A stretch of 63,904 nucleotides of DNA, the filler included, from Choristocarpus tenellus KU-1152 (lineage: Eukaryota; Protista; Phaeophyceae), in assembly GCA_964200185.2 (NCBI GenBank). It is 8 parts of 8 records of this genome, joined end to end, with 100 filler letters (N's around TTAATTAATTAA, not from the genome) between each part and the next. Parts side by side here need not be neighbours in the genome. Positions count along the whole stretch, not along the records: positions 1 to 17,972 come from CAXNAD020000596.1; 7 more parts are not named here. One strand, written 5' to 3'. This document shows, piece by piece, positions 1 to 14,889 of the stretch. How positions within the stretch are numbered: position 1 is the first letter of the stretch; each line of letters begins with the position of its first letter. The notes under the pieces are model-generated. The model was not told the origin of the DNA. It made no database searches and saw only the letters and a program-made list of their open reading frames with translations. The translations under genes and the position numbers were made by a program.

Positions 1-102
1 CGCCTTTGGCTTTTCCCTCTCCCCCCCCCCCCCCCCCCCCCCCCTCCCCCTCCCGGTGCCCTACTCCCCCCCCCCCCCCCCCTCCTCCCATCTGCACATA
101 AG

Positions 103-3100
103 GTTTGTCATTGCCCCTTCCCAACAGGCTGCTCCCTCACAAACGCAGTCTCCAGGAGGTGCAGCTGGACAGCACCATGGCAGCAGTGGGGGGGGTGGGA
201 TGGGCGGTGCTTCGACTACTGCGAAGGGGGGGGTAGAGCAACTGAGGAAGCTGGGAGTGGAGGTGCATGGTGGGGGGTCGGGGGAGGCATTGGGGTGGGA
301 CACTCTGGCTGGTTATGCTGATGTGAAGAGGGAGATCGAGGACACTGTGGTTATGCCCCTGCAACATCCGGTACGGCGGAGGAACAGAGGGAAGGGGGGA
401 GGTGCATTGTTTTTTTTTCATCTTTTTTTGTGAACATCTAATTTTTTTGCGTTTCTATGCTTGTAATGATATGAGATGTGGCTTTCTGTATTTCCTGCTT
501 GTGTGAAAGAAGAGGGGAACAGTGAATTCTGGAGCGTGGTGAAGATGGTGTTGATTTTGTGTGTCATTTTGTGTGTCATTTTGTGTTCCAGTAGTCGTCC
601 ATCTTGTGTGTTGGGTGGAATGATCTTGCAGCAGAAATTGAAGTAAACCTGTCTTGGGACTTGTTCGATTCTGATCAACATGTTCCGTAGTTGTCTTGTG
701 GTTTTTTCTCCTCCTTCTCCTAGGTGGGAGATTGAGGTCTGTCCTATTCCCATGTGGAAAAAGAGTTGTTACACATGGGATGGCGTGTTGTTCATGGCGT
801 GGTTATACAAATATCTGATCCTAAACATCTTACCATTTCCTCTTTGAGTACTGTAGTGAACTATTGCACGTATCCAAGGTGACAAAAAAGTAAAGTATAC
901 CATGATTTCCCTTGCCTTTTTCATGTCTCCGCTTGGCTGCAAACACACTTGTCCAGGAGGCTTTCGACAATATTGCGAGGCGAACACGGAACCGTTTTGA
1001 GTCCAACCGTCCAAGGGCTGTCTTGTTTGAGGGCCCCCCTGGCACAGGGAAAACTTTGAGTGCGCGGGTGATTGCAAGCCGTTCAAACCAGCCAATGGTG
1101 CATGTCCCTGTGGAAACAATCATGTCTAAGTGGTGGGTTACAAGGTTGATGTTTGGTATTTGTATGGCAGGTGCTGTGACCAGTTTCCTTTTGCCCAGGG
1201 TACCATTACCTCCTCTGGCATTTCGTAAAAATCATGTGTGTGTGTGTGTGTGTGTGTGAACTGCTCCTACTTTGCCCTGCTATCTCTGCAAGAATGTAAT
1301 TGCTTAACAACAGGAAGGGCAAATGAAATGGGTGCGTATACTCGATCCTCGTGTTTGATGCAGTGTTATCATGCTCGACTCACTCTAAATGAGTGTCGCC
1401 CTGCCAATCATGTCAATATTTTTTGGAAAGCACACACGATACATAGAATTGGTCTATTTTTTATTTTTTTTATTTGCACATTTTTTTATTGTGTTCTTTG
1501 CATGGTACAAAGTAAGAATACTCAAACAAGGACGACACTCGAGGTCATTGTGCATCCTGCTCCTCCTTCATGATGGACACATGATGGATACCTGATGAAT
1601 ACAAGGGTACTTTCTGTCCATGATTCTTTGCCACACACTATGCCCCCCTTGACACTTCCATGGCTGCTCCTCCTTGTCCCGAACTACACACAAATCCCTT
1701 TTGTGGTGGAAGGTGCTCCCTTAGTGGTCTTGTCTGGCGGTTAGGGTGATTATGGCTTCCTCTGTGCTGTGGATGTGGATACAAGTGTTAATCTGTGCCA
1801 TGTAGCGTAGTGGATGCTGGTGGCTTGTGTGCCTCTTTATGTGGCATATGTGTATGTATTGATATTTGGCTGTGGTGTATTATTTTTTTGCATGTCCGCC
1901 TGTCAGGTATGGTGAGAGCGAGAAAAAGCTATCTGCCATATTTGATGCCTGCGATCAGATGGGGGGCGCCATTATCTTCATCGACGAGGCAAGCAGTGGC
2001 ATGTTCGTATAGTATTGAAATAGTGCTATTGGAATAGTGCCGCTTGAATACCCACCTTGACTTGTCTTTGCACATGTGGGGGACATGACTTGTTCACGAG
2101 ACTTCCAGCATCATGCAGTCTTTTGTACTTGCAACTGAGGGCTTTCCAAGTGAGAGATGCCTGGAGGCACTTGGGTTCTTCCATGTATGTTGTTTCATAG
2201 GGCGAGGGGCTGGGTGGACAGCAATTCTGTAATTGTGCCCCACCCCACCCCCACGGAAGCATGATCTTCCATTTCTTGAGTAGAACACCGGAGCGGTAGT
2301 TCTGTGTGAGGCTACTAAATATCATTGTAGCTACGGAACCCTAAGATCTGATTTGCAGAGCCACATAGCGCATAGGCTTGTGTACTTCTGTAGGGTGTTC
2401 GAACCAAACATTAATCCTGACAAAGAAGTAATCGCTTCATATTCTTAGGAACAGCGATCCCGGCGTGTTGTTGATGCTTTTGTGAGGTCATTTGACAAAG
2501 ATGTACTGCTCACGGTAGTGTACTCAACTGTACCCAACTGTACCCAACTCCTCATGCTGCTAGAAGTGTGGTGTGTTCTGGCGCACCATTTGAATTCTTG
2601 AAGTAGTTACTTCCTAGAGTCACCCCCTCTCTAGGGCATCAAATGGTCACCCGTTGACTGTTTTTCTGTTGTTCTTGCTTGCATCTTCAACGTGCTCATG
2701 TGCAGGTTGATGCTCTGGCAACATCAAGGGACAGCGGAAACATGCATGAGGCAACAAGGAGGGTACTCTCTGTCATACTCCAGAAGGTTAGTTTGTGTAG
2801 GGGGGGGATTATATTAGGACATTATATTTGGACATACATGAAATATCCTGTTTGCAATGGGACTAGGGGAGAGGGGAGGGGTGTGTGTGTGATCTTTGAG
2901 CAGTGAAGCAGGCAGGAATTTGAATATTTGTGTTTGCTATGTCCCCTTTCGTTTCAGCCCCTTTGAGTTGTTTCATATATACTATGTACATACATTTCCT
3001 TGTACATTTGTCTCTCTTGGCCTTTACTTGGGGGTGGTGGTGTGAGGGGGTGTTGGTTGGGACATGAGAAACCATGGTCCTACAAGAAGGTTTCCTGGAT

Positions 3101-6100
3101 GTCTCTTCTTCTTCTGTCTTGCTTTACTCAATTGTTCTGCTCTGTCACACAACCCACCCACTCTCTCTACACTGTGGACCAAGTTCACACTACGTCACAA
3201 TTTCTGCCAAATTGGAGGGTATACTTGTGTGCATCATCTGGAGTAATGTCACTTGTACTTTCCTTTGTTGTTACTGTATCTGCTCTTTTTTTTTTCCCAT
3301 GTGGCCTACCTCTGTCCTTTATCAGCCCAAATATCGCGTTTGTACTTAAGAGATTTTCCTAATCAACTGCTTCTGGAACTTGTTGTATGTCCTGCGCCTC
3401 CCCATGCCCCACTCATTCATACTCCAGCTAGAGGGCTTTGAGGGTGGCTCGAAAAGTACCCTCATTTGTGCTACCAACCGAAAGCGTGACCTGGACTCTG
3501 CACTCTTGAGGTATCTAACCCTAACCCTATCCCACTGAGCGCAGAGCATAAGTACATGTAAGGACTTGGACAGTCCTGGACTTTCTTTTTGTGGTGTTCA
3601 TTTTTAGTACTCTCTAGTTACATGCAGGTTTGGAGTTAAGCATACGTGTGGGTGAGTAGTGGCTATATGGGTAGCTGTCTGTGGGAGCATGAGGGGTTGA
3701 GTTTGAAAATGAGAAGTGATATATGATTGCTTTTGGAGTGTCATTTCATTTCATAGGCGTTGGCGGACAAGTGAGTGTGTGTGTGATGACTTTTGATTTG
3801 TGGTATTTGTGATTCTGATTTGAGGTGTGCAAGTTCAAAAGGGGTTGGTTTTTGTGCTGTGCTGTAAGCTATTGTTGTGGTGCTGGTTAGGGGTGTTTTA
3901 TCAATGCTTCCTAAGGTTAGGGTTCTTCATGTCGGTTCTCACTCTTGATCTGAGGCTTACACTAATTGAATATTTTTTGTTTCGGAGTGTAGTTCAATAC
4001 TAGGAAAATTGATGTGGTTTGGTGCTTGCAGTCTGTGTATATTGGGGCGGGTATGGTTGTCTTGGTGCTGGGGGGTGGAAGGAGGTAGATAGAGGGAGGG
4101 CAGCAGTTCAGCTCTTCCAGATTGGACTACTATTGTACCACCACATAATATGTCCACAGTCTAGCCTCTTCCCCTTGTGATACACAAGTACTGTTTGCGG
4201 TGACTTCGCTGTTTTAAGTAAAATAATAATCTTTCTATCTTATGCATTGTGGGGTACAGTCTATTAGTTGTGCCTTCAAGATACATTATGTTGTTTTGTG
4301 CAAGCGACCATTGAGTCTATCCAGGACCTTTACAGACACTTCACATACACAAGAGCTCCCCCCCCCCCTGCCTCTTTCCCTCTTCATACCAGCACCCCTT
4401 TCAACTATATATCCTACCTCTGTGGATGCGTGACCTTGGTTTGGCTGCTTGCCTCTCCCTGCCCACAGTCGATTCCAGCTGACTATACGGTTTAGTCTCC
4501 CGGACACTGAAACACGGGGTGGAGTGTTTGATCTATATGCTAAGCACCTTTCCAAGACAGATCATGGGAAGCTAGCTACTGCCTCTGTTGGGATGTCCTG
4601 CCGTGACATCAAGGTTGTTGTTTTTCATGGTTTTGTGTTTGGTCATGTTTTCATGATGGCTATGTCACTGGAAGATGAGCAAGGGTTGAAGAGAAATGCA
4701 TGTCTTTGACAAGGCTTTTATTGTGCTTGAGCTTCTTGTCGTTGATGGCAAGTAGGTGAAGGGGTGTTTTGCTGAGACCAGGGGTTTAGGAGGGTGGTCC
4801 AGGGGCACTAGTTACTTAATTTCACTGTCACCCTTTGTTCCAGTTGTGGCTCTTGGGTTTTGTGTTCAATGGGTGATGACTGTATATAAATCTGTCATTG
4901 GGGTTTATCTGACACCTTGGAAATTTGAGCAATATATGTGGTCCAAAGTTGAGAAATCTGTGGACACATTTGGCGTCTTTGTTTGCATATTGATGTCTCA
5001 TTGATTCTGAACAATTTGCAGTGTTGATGTGGTGACTGAAATCAATGGGGCACAGCAATATTTGTTTTGAATTGTTGTTTGGATACTGATGGCGAATTGT
5101 GTTTTTTGGAGAGCATATTTAGAAACACAACACCTGAATTAAGATCAATTCACATAGCCTTTTGTCATGTGTAAGAAGAAAAAAAAGACAGGTTTTTAAA
5201 TCCCCAAGATCTACTAGTACAAAATGTTGGTAGTGTTTATTGGCCTGAGTGTGGAGTGGACTTGTAATTGGCGCTGTCAACCTACCCTTTGAATCCTCAA
5301 GGTTGCGATGCATATGTATTTTTTGTCCTAAAATTCCTGCTAGTATAGTGTGATCCTTATTGCTAAATTTAGCCTTGATTCTTGCTCAGGAGTTGCCTCG
5401 GAACAGCTGCTGTGCTGAGACCCTCTTACTGGCTATCTGACTCTACATTGCTGTAAACATCAAAGACAGTCCCCTATAGTTACAATGTTGATATTGTAGT
5501 AGATATTTGGATGGTGGTTGCATGTGTTGGTACTACAGTGATACAAGTGATCACATAGTCTAGTCATTTGTAGTAATATATTGGCCTGTCTAAGTCTTAC
5601 TTTTGACTTTAAACAATAAGATGGATATGTTACAATGATAGTCAAAGAACCTCTTGAGTGTGCGGTAGGTGAGACTTGATTCAATGATTGTCAAGGCTAT
5701 GTATGAAGAGGATGTATGGTATGGTGACAGTCAGATTCCTTACGGAAAATGGGTTGAGTAGGACCTAACAATGGCTGCAATTGGCCAGGCAAGTTGGCAA
5801 AGTATGGCTTGACTGTGGTGTTCAAAATGACCGGGACCATATGGACTGTGCGTGTCCCCTGGTGTTAGACCGGTGCTGTTGGAGATGGGTCGGGTTTGCT
5901 AAAGTGGTACTGAAGTAGTGCAAAAGATAATAAGGTGTTTGAAATGGTGTTCAGGGGAATACCATGAGTATATGGTGTGATGAATACGTAAGAAGTGGTC
6001 TTGATATGGATGCAGTAAGATGGGAGGTGGGATAAACAAGTCTTTTTATTATTACTTCATGAGGCTGCAAACTTATCTGAGAAATCCTTGATTTCGACTG

Positions 6101-7675
6101 AATCAAACAATGTACAGAGTTAGGGTTAAGGTGGGATGATGTGTGGAGTTTTTTTTTTTTTCTCATATCAGTAGATAGAATATGTCCACGTTTCTTGGTC
6201 GGTACTGCTGATAGAAATCATTTGACCCCTGTTTCAATACAAACTGGGCAAGATAGTGATCTTTTTATTTTGAGGATGGAAGGAGTGCCTGATTGGTCCT
6301 ATATAAACGATTCTCTTAGTGTGGCCTTTATTTTCAGGTACTTTCGACTTTGAAGCAACAGCAGTAGTGTACAGCAGTACATGTCAGTTTGTGTTTGAAA
6401 TTGCTATATAACAGTCCTTGAACTGTGCCAATGCTTTTTATTTTGTAGATTTTGAGTGTGGTATTTCCAGAGATGCAAAGCCTTACCTGGCCTGTCTGCA
6501 CGCCTGACAGGAAACTTGTGAGCATGCTGAGAGGAGGTGGGCGTCGAAGATCATTCGTGGTCAGGAGACAGGCTTATTGCCACCAATTGAGGTGGGTATG
6601 GACAGGTTACAGTTCCATTTTTTTTGTACGAAGGACACGAACACTCCCCAATGGGGTGGAGTGAGCCGTGCAGCTCATGACTGTTTACAATTGTCAGTTT
6701 AAGAGAGAGTTCAATGCCGTTCAGATTGTTGCTTACTATGCAAGACTCATACCAGCGGTTTTGCTTTTCATGTATGGGTGTTTTCTTTTTTGTAGACATG
6801 GGTGCCAGATGTGTTGACACTGGGTTTGTGCTATTGGAGAGTATCTTGAGAACCGATTGTGAAGGTGAGCTGTGGGAATGATGAGAAAACGTTTACTGTT
6901 TTGTGTCAAAAAACATCTGGAATGTATGTGTATATATAGGTTTGAAGTATATGGGATGGAAGGCGTATTCCTAGCTGCTGCAGGATTGATGATACATATT
7001 TTTTGTCACCATTTGGTACAAGAGTGGGATATGACTCGTTAGGTGTGAGTCTGGATGGAGAATGCTAAAATGTAGTCGTGTGTAGTGGAACTAGAGTAAT
7101 TGTCTTTTGTCCACAAATATTGATCCTTGCAGGACTAATTTTCTCATCAAGGCCTCCCATGATGATACCTGCCTAATCCATGATCCAACCTCTTTGTTGA
7201 GATTATCATTGCATTGTTTGGAGTAAGTTTAGAATTTCCTCCCTGCCTACTCTTTGACTCAGGAAAGAGAGCATATTGCTAGGTTACCCTTTCATGATAA
7301 TTGTACTTTTCTCAAGGTATATATAAAAAGGTGTACATTTGATTGCCAAGCTTTCCTGAAGTAATGTGTCTTTTCATGGAAGAGATGCACTTCATTCATA
7401 AATTGACCTTCTGCTCCATCAAGTCATGGCTTAAGCTTAGTCAAGAGACGTGTGGCCTGATAGCACAGGGACTAGAAGTTTACCTTGAGAGCGATCTGTG
7501 TTCATTATGGTGAAGTCAGAAAGTTTAGAGTGTACCAACCCATCCCTCCCTCCCCCATGTTTGATACTGTGGGACTTCGGTTATTGTGTCACCTAATTAT
7601 CTACAGGAGTATGTTGGCTGCTTGGAAGAGCGGGGCAAGCAGGGCCCGCGGCACTCTAGACCAGCAGAGGCATGA
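103..7675 (+). CDS. AAA+ ATPase (CDC48-like single AAA module), 5'-partial, 8 visible exons
   Basis: Phase-compatible exons 103-370, 957-1132, 1907-1988, 2706-2786, 3428-3510, 4469-4613, 6511-6591, 7607-7675. They encode WDTLAGY, Walker A GPPGTGKT, pore loop SKWYGESEK, Walker B IIFIDEVD, the second region of homology ATNRKRDLDSALLSRF, GMSCRDIK and a TGA stop. Confidence 0.93.
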
Positions 7676-9706
7676 ATGTGCTTGTATGCCTAGAGGTGGG
7701 AGATTTACATCATTTGGGAATTAGCTTTCAACTGTTTGAAAGCACAGCAGTATATACTCCAGCACTGTATGCCATTTGCTGTGATCAGTGCTCAACTTAA
7801 AGAGTGGAGGTTGATCACCATAGACCTCACCCAAACTCTGTTGTTCCTTGTGGTTTATGTTTGCATGGACTATATTTGTTGTGCTTTGCTGACTGTACTA
7901 TTCTTCTGCTAATACTGGAGTGCATATCATTGCCTCGTTTGGGGATTATTTGGAATGATGGTAGGGGCAGGGGGAAATGAGGGGGGGCAATGGTAGACAC
8001 TACTACAAGACACTGAAGTATATATTTTTTGTCTAGCTTTAGAGGGATTTCCAGGTGACTTTTTTTTTTCCAGAGCTTTTTTTTGTTATCTCAGGTCAAC
8101 TACTACGTGATTGCTTTTGAAGTTTTTGTGTGTATTGACCAATTATGACTCTGGGTACCAGTCTATCATACTGCTGTTTAGTGGGAGGGGGTGGTGGGGG
8201 AGGGGGGAGAATATTCTTGAGTGGTCAACCATGTGGCATATCATATTATTACTTGTTTTATCGGAAAGGTGACATACGACAGTCACTGTGATTGACCGAT
8301 GAGCTGTGTAGGGATGGGGGAAGCCGCAGTGTGTTTACTGCCCGGAGTAGGATGTGCCAGTCTGTGGAAGGCAAAGGCAGGCACCGCTGGTGTTGATAAC
8401 TGACCTGGTTGAGAGACTTGCTTTTGCACTATAAACCATGCACCAGGTAGTGTATCACTATGTCGACCCTGCAGATGGGTTGAGACTGAGGAATTGCACC
8501 TACTGGACTTTGGTCTGGCAGGGACCGGGTAGTTTAATTTGCTGCAGTGGAGCATGGTGGTAATTTGGTCAAGGTTGTAAGTGTTGAAAAAGCGTAGTGC
8601 ATATGTACCTTGGGCAGCTGTTGTGGCAGCCTGCCGCCTGTAGATAGGGTAGAGGTTTTGTCATACTTTTTATATTGTCTCATCAATTACATAACTATGA
8701 TTTTTTGGGAGGGATGATTTATTCAAGTGTTATATACATACAAAATACATAGTAAATACGCAAGAAGTGGTCATTATAGCGAGAGCTACTGTTTAGTATG
8801 AAACAAGGCAATGTACTATGCTTTAATTGATACTTATATACCGAGCATTAGTCGCACTGTTGTAAAAATGCTATTACAGTAAGATTTTTATATTCCCCTG
8901 ACTACCTTCTTGAGCACCTCACAATCTACACTATCCACTTCCTTTTCCACACAGTTCAGACATCCATTTGAGGTGTGATGAATACATACTTCATATTTCA
9001 CTTTGTACCCCCTTAGTTTTTATAAGTGCCACTGGTAGAGTCAAGGAAGAAGGAGAGGGTGTGAATAAATTCAGAGCTTTTCACTGGGATCGACAGTTAG
9101 CATGTCCACTGTTGGGCTGTATGGTTGTGGTCTGAGCAAGTTGAGACGGTGGATGGCCATGGACTCGGTCGTGTTTGAACGTGGTTATTCATGCCCGGAA
9201 GGTGACCCCACCCCGGTCATAGGTAGTGACGGCCATGGACTTGGTCATGGTAGATCTTTTATCTGTGGCCGGCTAGGTAATATTTTTTTGCCACTCAAGC
9301 TGGCTACATCATGGCCATGCCTCCCTTTTTACCATTCGTGTCTTTCATCTCATACTACTGCTGCAAGCACTTAATATATAATATATATTGATATTTCTAT
9401 GCTATTTTACTCTTTTAGAGAAATTAATTTTTTTATCTTGACTACAAATTACGCCGTTGTGTGTTTGGGTGGGTGAGGTGATTAGTGACTTCAAGATGTA
9501 TATTGACACTTACTTGTCAAGGGTCAAATGTAGATGCATTAATTTCAAGAAAAATCCACACATCTGTGCCCCCTCGAATTCTCGCCTTGTGTACTTCATG
9601 ATTTTGGACCAAGTCCAGAGATGATTTGAAAGAGTGCAATCTTAATGTACATACTGGAGTATAACTTGAATTTCAATACATACATTTTACACGTTTTTGT
9701 TGTTGA

Positions 9707-9949
9707 GAGCCAAAGTATCTTAGAGGGTAGAGCTGCGTCCATTTGGGGGACAAAATCCAATGTTGCGATATTGACGTAATTTTGGCTATCGTGTTTGTTA
9801 GGAAGTGTCAATATCCATATTCTGGACACACCTTTTCATAACATCCACACTTTACCTAATCCTAAACATTTTGGAAGAGGAAAATGTCAATAAAGAACCC
9901 ATGGGAAGCCAAGCCTCAAATGGACCAAGAGGGCGAGATACTTTCACTC
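9707..9949 (+). mobile_element. MITE family A copy (small deletion near right TIR)
   Basis: Begins GAGCCAAAGTATCTTAGAGGGTA, ends AGATACTTTCACTC, flanked by TGA/TGA; body aligns by eye to the other family A copies. Confidence 0.9.
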
Positions 9950-10474
9950 TGAACTACTATAATACGTAGTGGACATGGTCCGAACTTGTCAGAGAATGTA
10001 TTACTCCAGTCAACACTAGTGGATATGGACAGAGTCAATGTTAAAATTTTGTGGGACCAGTCGAGCTGGCAGACACGACCATGAATATATGCAGGCCTTG
10101 GGAAAAGCCCTGAATTTTTTTTTATTATGTTCGAAAAACATTCTACTACAGTTTGCAAATTGTGCAGCCTTTCCTTACATTCCACCCTCATGGTAGATCA
10201 ATCTCCCATCAATATGCATTGAACTTGTTCTGTTGGCCTTCAGATGTCAAAAAAACAAGACCTGCAGTATTTTTTTTCAGAGTGTAAAAAATGCACGAGT
10301 TGCAATTTTAGTAGCATGGGCTTGGAATCGCAAGCACATTGCTCCTGCACAATCAATTGCTCACAGCTATAGTGCAAGCAGTAGTGGCAAAAATAGATGG
10401 GACATGCTCTCTGCAACAGCAGGGTACTACTAATGCAGCATTGATAGTCCAATGGTAGTACAAAATGGGACAAA

Positions 10475-10652
10475 GAGCCAAAGTAAACGAGAGGTACCCA
10501 GGTCTTAGCCAATTTGCATTTAAAGTCAGTTTCATCTTTTGTAATTCACCTGTATTTGTATGGATGAAGTTTTGTACAAAAAATCAAATTTTGCACATGT
10601 TTGTCACCATCCTTAAAATACAACTCTGGGTACCTCTCCTTTACTTTTGGTC
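10475..10652. mobile_element. MITE family C (single copy here)
   Basis: Terminal inverted repeat GAGCCAAAGTAAACGAGAGGTACCCAG ... CTGGGTACCTCTCCTTTACTTTTGGTC; AT-rich non-coding interior; AAA on both flanks. Confidence 0.75.
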
Positions 10653-11560
10653 AAAATGGAGGTTTCACGTTCTTATACTAAGGACAGAGACTCTGAAGTA
10701 AGGCAAGTGGGTAATCGCTTTGACAATACCCCAGAGTAATTACTTGTGGTGTGAGTTCAAAGCAGTTGTCACATTCCTCAGCAAAATAGTGGTAAATCTT
10801 ACGGTTCACAAGAAAAGGTTGGGATAAGGATGCATCTCCAATAAAGGCAGCATAACTTCCAGGACTAAGAAGGGAAATTCCACCAGGCGAACACTTACTA
10901 CATTATATGAAGTACAATATCTTCAAAATCGGAGCACTCGAAGATTCTAGAGAGGATCAACTAGACAAAGAATGTATACTGTGGGTATTGACAGGGCATA
11001 AAAAAGGACCTGATAGTACTGGTGTTGTGCATCATTCCATTACCCATAGAATCATACTCTTGGGCTGATACGCACACAGAAGGGAGGTCTGTAGGTTGCG
11101 AAAGCAATTATGGTACGGAAGCAGATACATAGTCAATGAATTGGTGTGACTGATCGGATTAAACCTCTTCTTAAGGATCGTCGAGGTGTTCCACTGGCGT
11201 GTCTGTTGTGAAGTCGTTTTCCTCTTGCTCTTCGATACAGACAACAGACAGTACAATACCAAACACAAAGGTGCAATTTCATCCTTTCTAAGATTTGTGC
11301 TCCAACAGGCATGCTCAAAATTAATCTGTGAGGTCAAGCTACTGATTCAGAAAGCTATCATAGGGAGCACAGTAGGAAATGAGAGCTTGTGAAGCACATC
11401 CTGTTCAGGCACACAACCACACTGCGTGCAAAAGGGCTCGCCACAGAGGAACATAACCTGTCTTGTTGGGGAAGCTTCCGTGTCCCTTTTGCCTGAACAA
11501 TAGCACTCAGTGTTACCTTGAATGACCTCAATTAGGAGGTCAGGTTGTGTGCTGCCAATA

Positions 11561-14500
11561 CTATAATATTGCTGAGTAGTGGCCCCATGCTTCTTCCGTT
11601 GCTACGATGATTGCTGTCCTGTCATGGCAAGCAAGTCCTGGTAGAGTTCCCAATGCTTGATGCACCCCCTCCAAGAACACCGCCATGGGCACAGACCTCT
11701 CACTTCCAACCCTGTTATCCTCTGAGAGAGTGTCTCTGAGACAGTTTTCCTCTTGTCTTGCAGCAGCAAGGGCTGCTTTCCTGGAAGCCGAGCATGCCTT
11801 CATGACAACTGCAATATGCTCCTGGGGGAGGCTAATTTGTGATGCACACCGGGCGACCTGTCCTGTGGCCTGATGGTACATTCACCAAGCAGGAGCAAAT
11901 TCCATGGGCACAAACAGGACACTTGAGGAGAGAGGGTTGGGGCTAGTCTCAAGGACACAAACAGCCTTGCGTAAGTGTTTGGTTCGTGGACAACCAAGAT
12001 CAAGTTGTGGTTGTGCAACAGTGGAGTATGTGCTACATAACAAACTGTGAAATTAAGATTTATGAAATTGTGCCAAGATCGTGGGGAAAGGTGTTGAATG
12101 TGAACACTACTCAAGTAAAATATTGATGCACTGGGATATATGTTGCCTTGAGTCAATGAGGCGCACTTGGCCTCCAACATGTCCTATCCCTTCAAATCTA
12201 GGCGTCACTTTGCCATAGTATGACGGTATATTGGTTTGATGAGTGTTACGAACCCACTGCGGAGTATTCTGAACGAATACATGAATATCATGGAAAACAG
12301 AAGCAGGGTTGAATATTCAGTACTTGGATATGTGAAGATTTCTTGACCTTTCAGATAGGGAGGTCTGAGTGAGTTAACTGACAACATGTTTCCTGCCCCA
12401 GCAGTTTCAGTCAGCAAATGTGCAAGAGAGGACAGAGATCAAGGAATTAGTACTATATTTGAGGGTTAGAAGCAGATAAAAACCAACAGAGGAATCGAAA
12501 GCACATTTCAAATGGTAAGATAGCACAGGTTCTTTCTAGTTCAGGGGGCAAAGGATGCGGTGTTGTGTGTGATGTGTAGATACTAAAGTAGCAAACGGGA
12601 TGTTCATGCCGAAAGGTAGTTTCTGTCAACATTTACAGCCACCTAATCTACGTAGGAGAGGACTACTTCATGGGTGACAGGAAAGGCACAAACAGGTGGC
12701 TTGTTACCCTGCGCATGTCCAGATCCAGGCGGTGCAGAGAACTATGTGTTGTAGCCCTACGATCCGCTTCCTGCAATAGAAATAATTGATGCAGCATACA
12801 CACGACAAGATCGCAAGATCGTGGCACATATGTAGTGAAAAGGCACCCAAGCATAGCAGTGTCACCAGACGCATAGAGCAACAAGGAAGGGCAAGAAATC
12901 AAGCACAGAGAGCATGTAAGTAGGCGAAAGGCAATCAAACACAGCTTGTGAGGGAGACAAGGCAATGTTGCAATGAGGGTGTATTTTTCGGGTGCACCAA
13001 ATTTCCTGTCCACAGCTAAGGTGTTGGAGGAACAAACTCCATGCCCCCAGAAATAAGACTCAGTCATGTGCACAAAAAAGATTCCTTATGTTTCTTGGTT
13101 TCAACTGAAAATGTCTGTGCTGGGAATGACCAGCAAATGCTCGCTGCATGCACAGAGCATAAAATTCTACTACAGAATAGGTCGACAGCTAGGAGGCATT
13201 TGCATTCAATGCTACTCAATATAATCGGAAAATACACTCCAATGGTCACAAGTTCCACACATTGTGCACCTTGTTCAAAAGATTAATATACTGCATTATT
13301 TAGTCTTCATATATCACTAATTTGCTTGTGCCCCTGTGTTTATGCATGCTTCAAGTGTATTGAAGTCGTTGCATACAATAGCCACAGCCTCAATCCACCA
13401 TACACCACGTGGGGGGCAAGGAAGGGGACAAGCACTCCCTCTCACCCTATCTTCCAGGCTTGGCCCTGATGACGGAGCAGATGGTACTGGGGACAGAGAA
13501 GCGATTGTTACCATCTCCAGGAAAGCCATGATACTCTCTCCATAGCATTCTCCCTGGGGCTTTTCAGTACCTCTCTTCCAACGCCCTTCACAGGATCCAG
13601 AAGAAAATTCAATACCCATGTTCAGAGTGCGACTTTCCCATGGGAAACGGTCAGGATCAGGTGGCTGAAGACTTGCAGCCATCTTTTCGATAACCTGGAC
13701 AGGATGTTAGCAGCAAAGAGGGAGGTGTAGAGGGCAGCGTAGTATAAGGGAATGGGATGGGGAGGGTTGACAGGAGACCTTGTTGAAGGTGGTGGATGGA
13801 GAAGTAAATTAAGCAGCCTTCGAAGCTGGTGCGGATTATAGGCAGAAAGTGACCTCATCGGCGTACTTGTGGCATTTGGCAACGTGGAAGCAGCATAGCA
13901 ACAGGGTATTCGAAAGCTGGGGAAAATTCTAGATCGATAGACTTGGTGTCTATTCATTGGTAGTGTGACATCACTCACTACACAAAGTACTCATGCAATG
14001 GAGGTCTAACAACATGCAAGGTGCGGTGTCTTAGTCCTGGAGAAATTTTGACAACGGATAGCTGATCAACAACTTGAATGACCCTTAAGTTAAATTCACA
14101 TTCGCCGCAACAAGTGTTTCATGTAGCAAAGTTGAACCACCCAAATACCCGAGCAGTTACAGGATGTTCCCTTGTTGAGTCCCGCTCAATAGCTATGCCC
14201 ACAGGTACGGGGAAGTAGACCTGAGCGTAGCCACACATATCTGGAGTGTAAGGAGGTTGGAACGACACGTAGAATGTGAGACAACGGAAATTGTTTTCGT
14301 GATGTTCTTTGCTTGTTGGGTGAAGCACTCTGACTGCCAATAAGCATCAACCCAACACCAGCCAGGCTACACTGACCAGGACGCCTCTTCGAGACTCCCA
14401 CTCACTGGACCTTGCCACCACCAAGGCTTCATGTCGCATGCTCCTGAAGTGCATGTTATCATCCAATAGGACTACATGCACCCCTCTGCTTTCTCCACCC

Positions 14501-14889
14501 TTGGGTACACTGTACGCGGAGACTATCTCTGCCTCAGCGGCAGCCATTGCCCTGTGCCTTGCCTGATGCCACCATTGCAATGTAACTGATTCACTAGCGT
14601 CAGCCTCCACCACCACCTCATTTACGTACCCTCTTTCCACCTGAGGACTACCTGATATTTCATTGGCAACAGGTTTCGCGTCGTCGATGTAGTCATCAAA
14701 ACACACGTGTGTGACCTTGGAAATTGCGAGGGCTTCTGCGCAAGTCCGATGCGATTGTAAGCATCCTGAATGTACTTTCTGGCACAGTTCTCTACAAAAT
14801 GTGCTTTTTCCCGAGGCAGGGATGCCACAACAACACACAAGTACAGGCACTCCTCGTTTGTTTGCACCGCCAGATCCTCTTGTACCCAT
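11561..14889 (-). CDS. PSTK: L-seryl-tRNA(Sec) kinase
   Basis: Exons 14889-14406, 14240-14149, 13694-13446, 12770-12708, 11869-11561 join in frame with GT-AG introns. P-loop CGIPASGKST, motifs HVCFDD, VVLLDDNMHFRSMR and ERD...PV...VIEKMAASLQPP...PWE, plus C-terminal DRRATTHSSLHRLDLDMRR, match the eukaryotic PSTK pattern. Confidence 0.85.
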
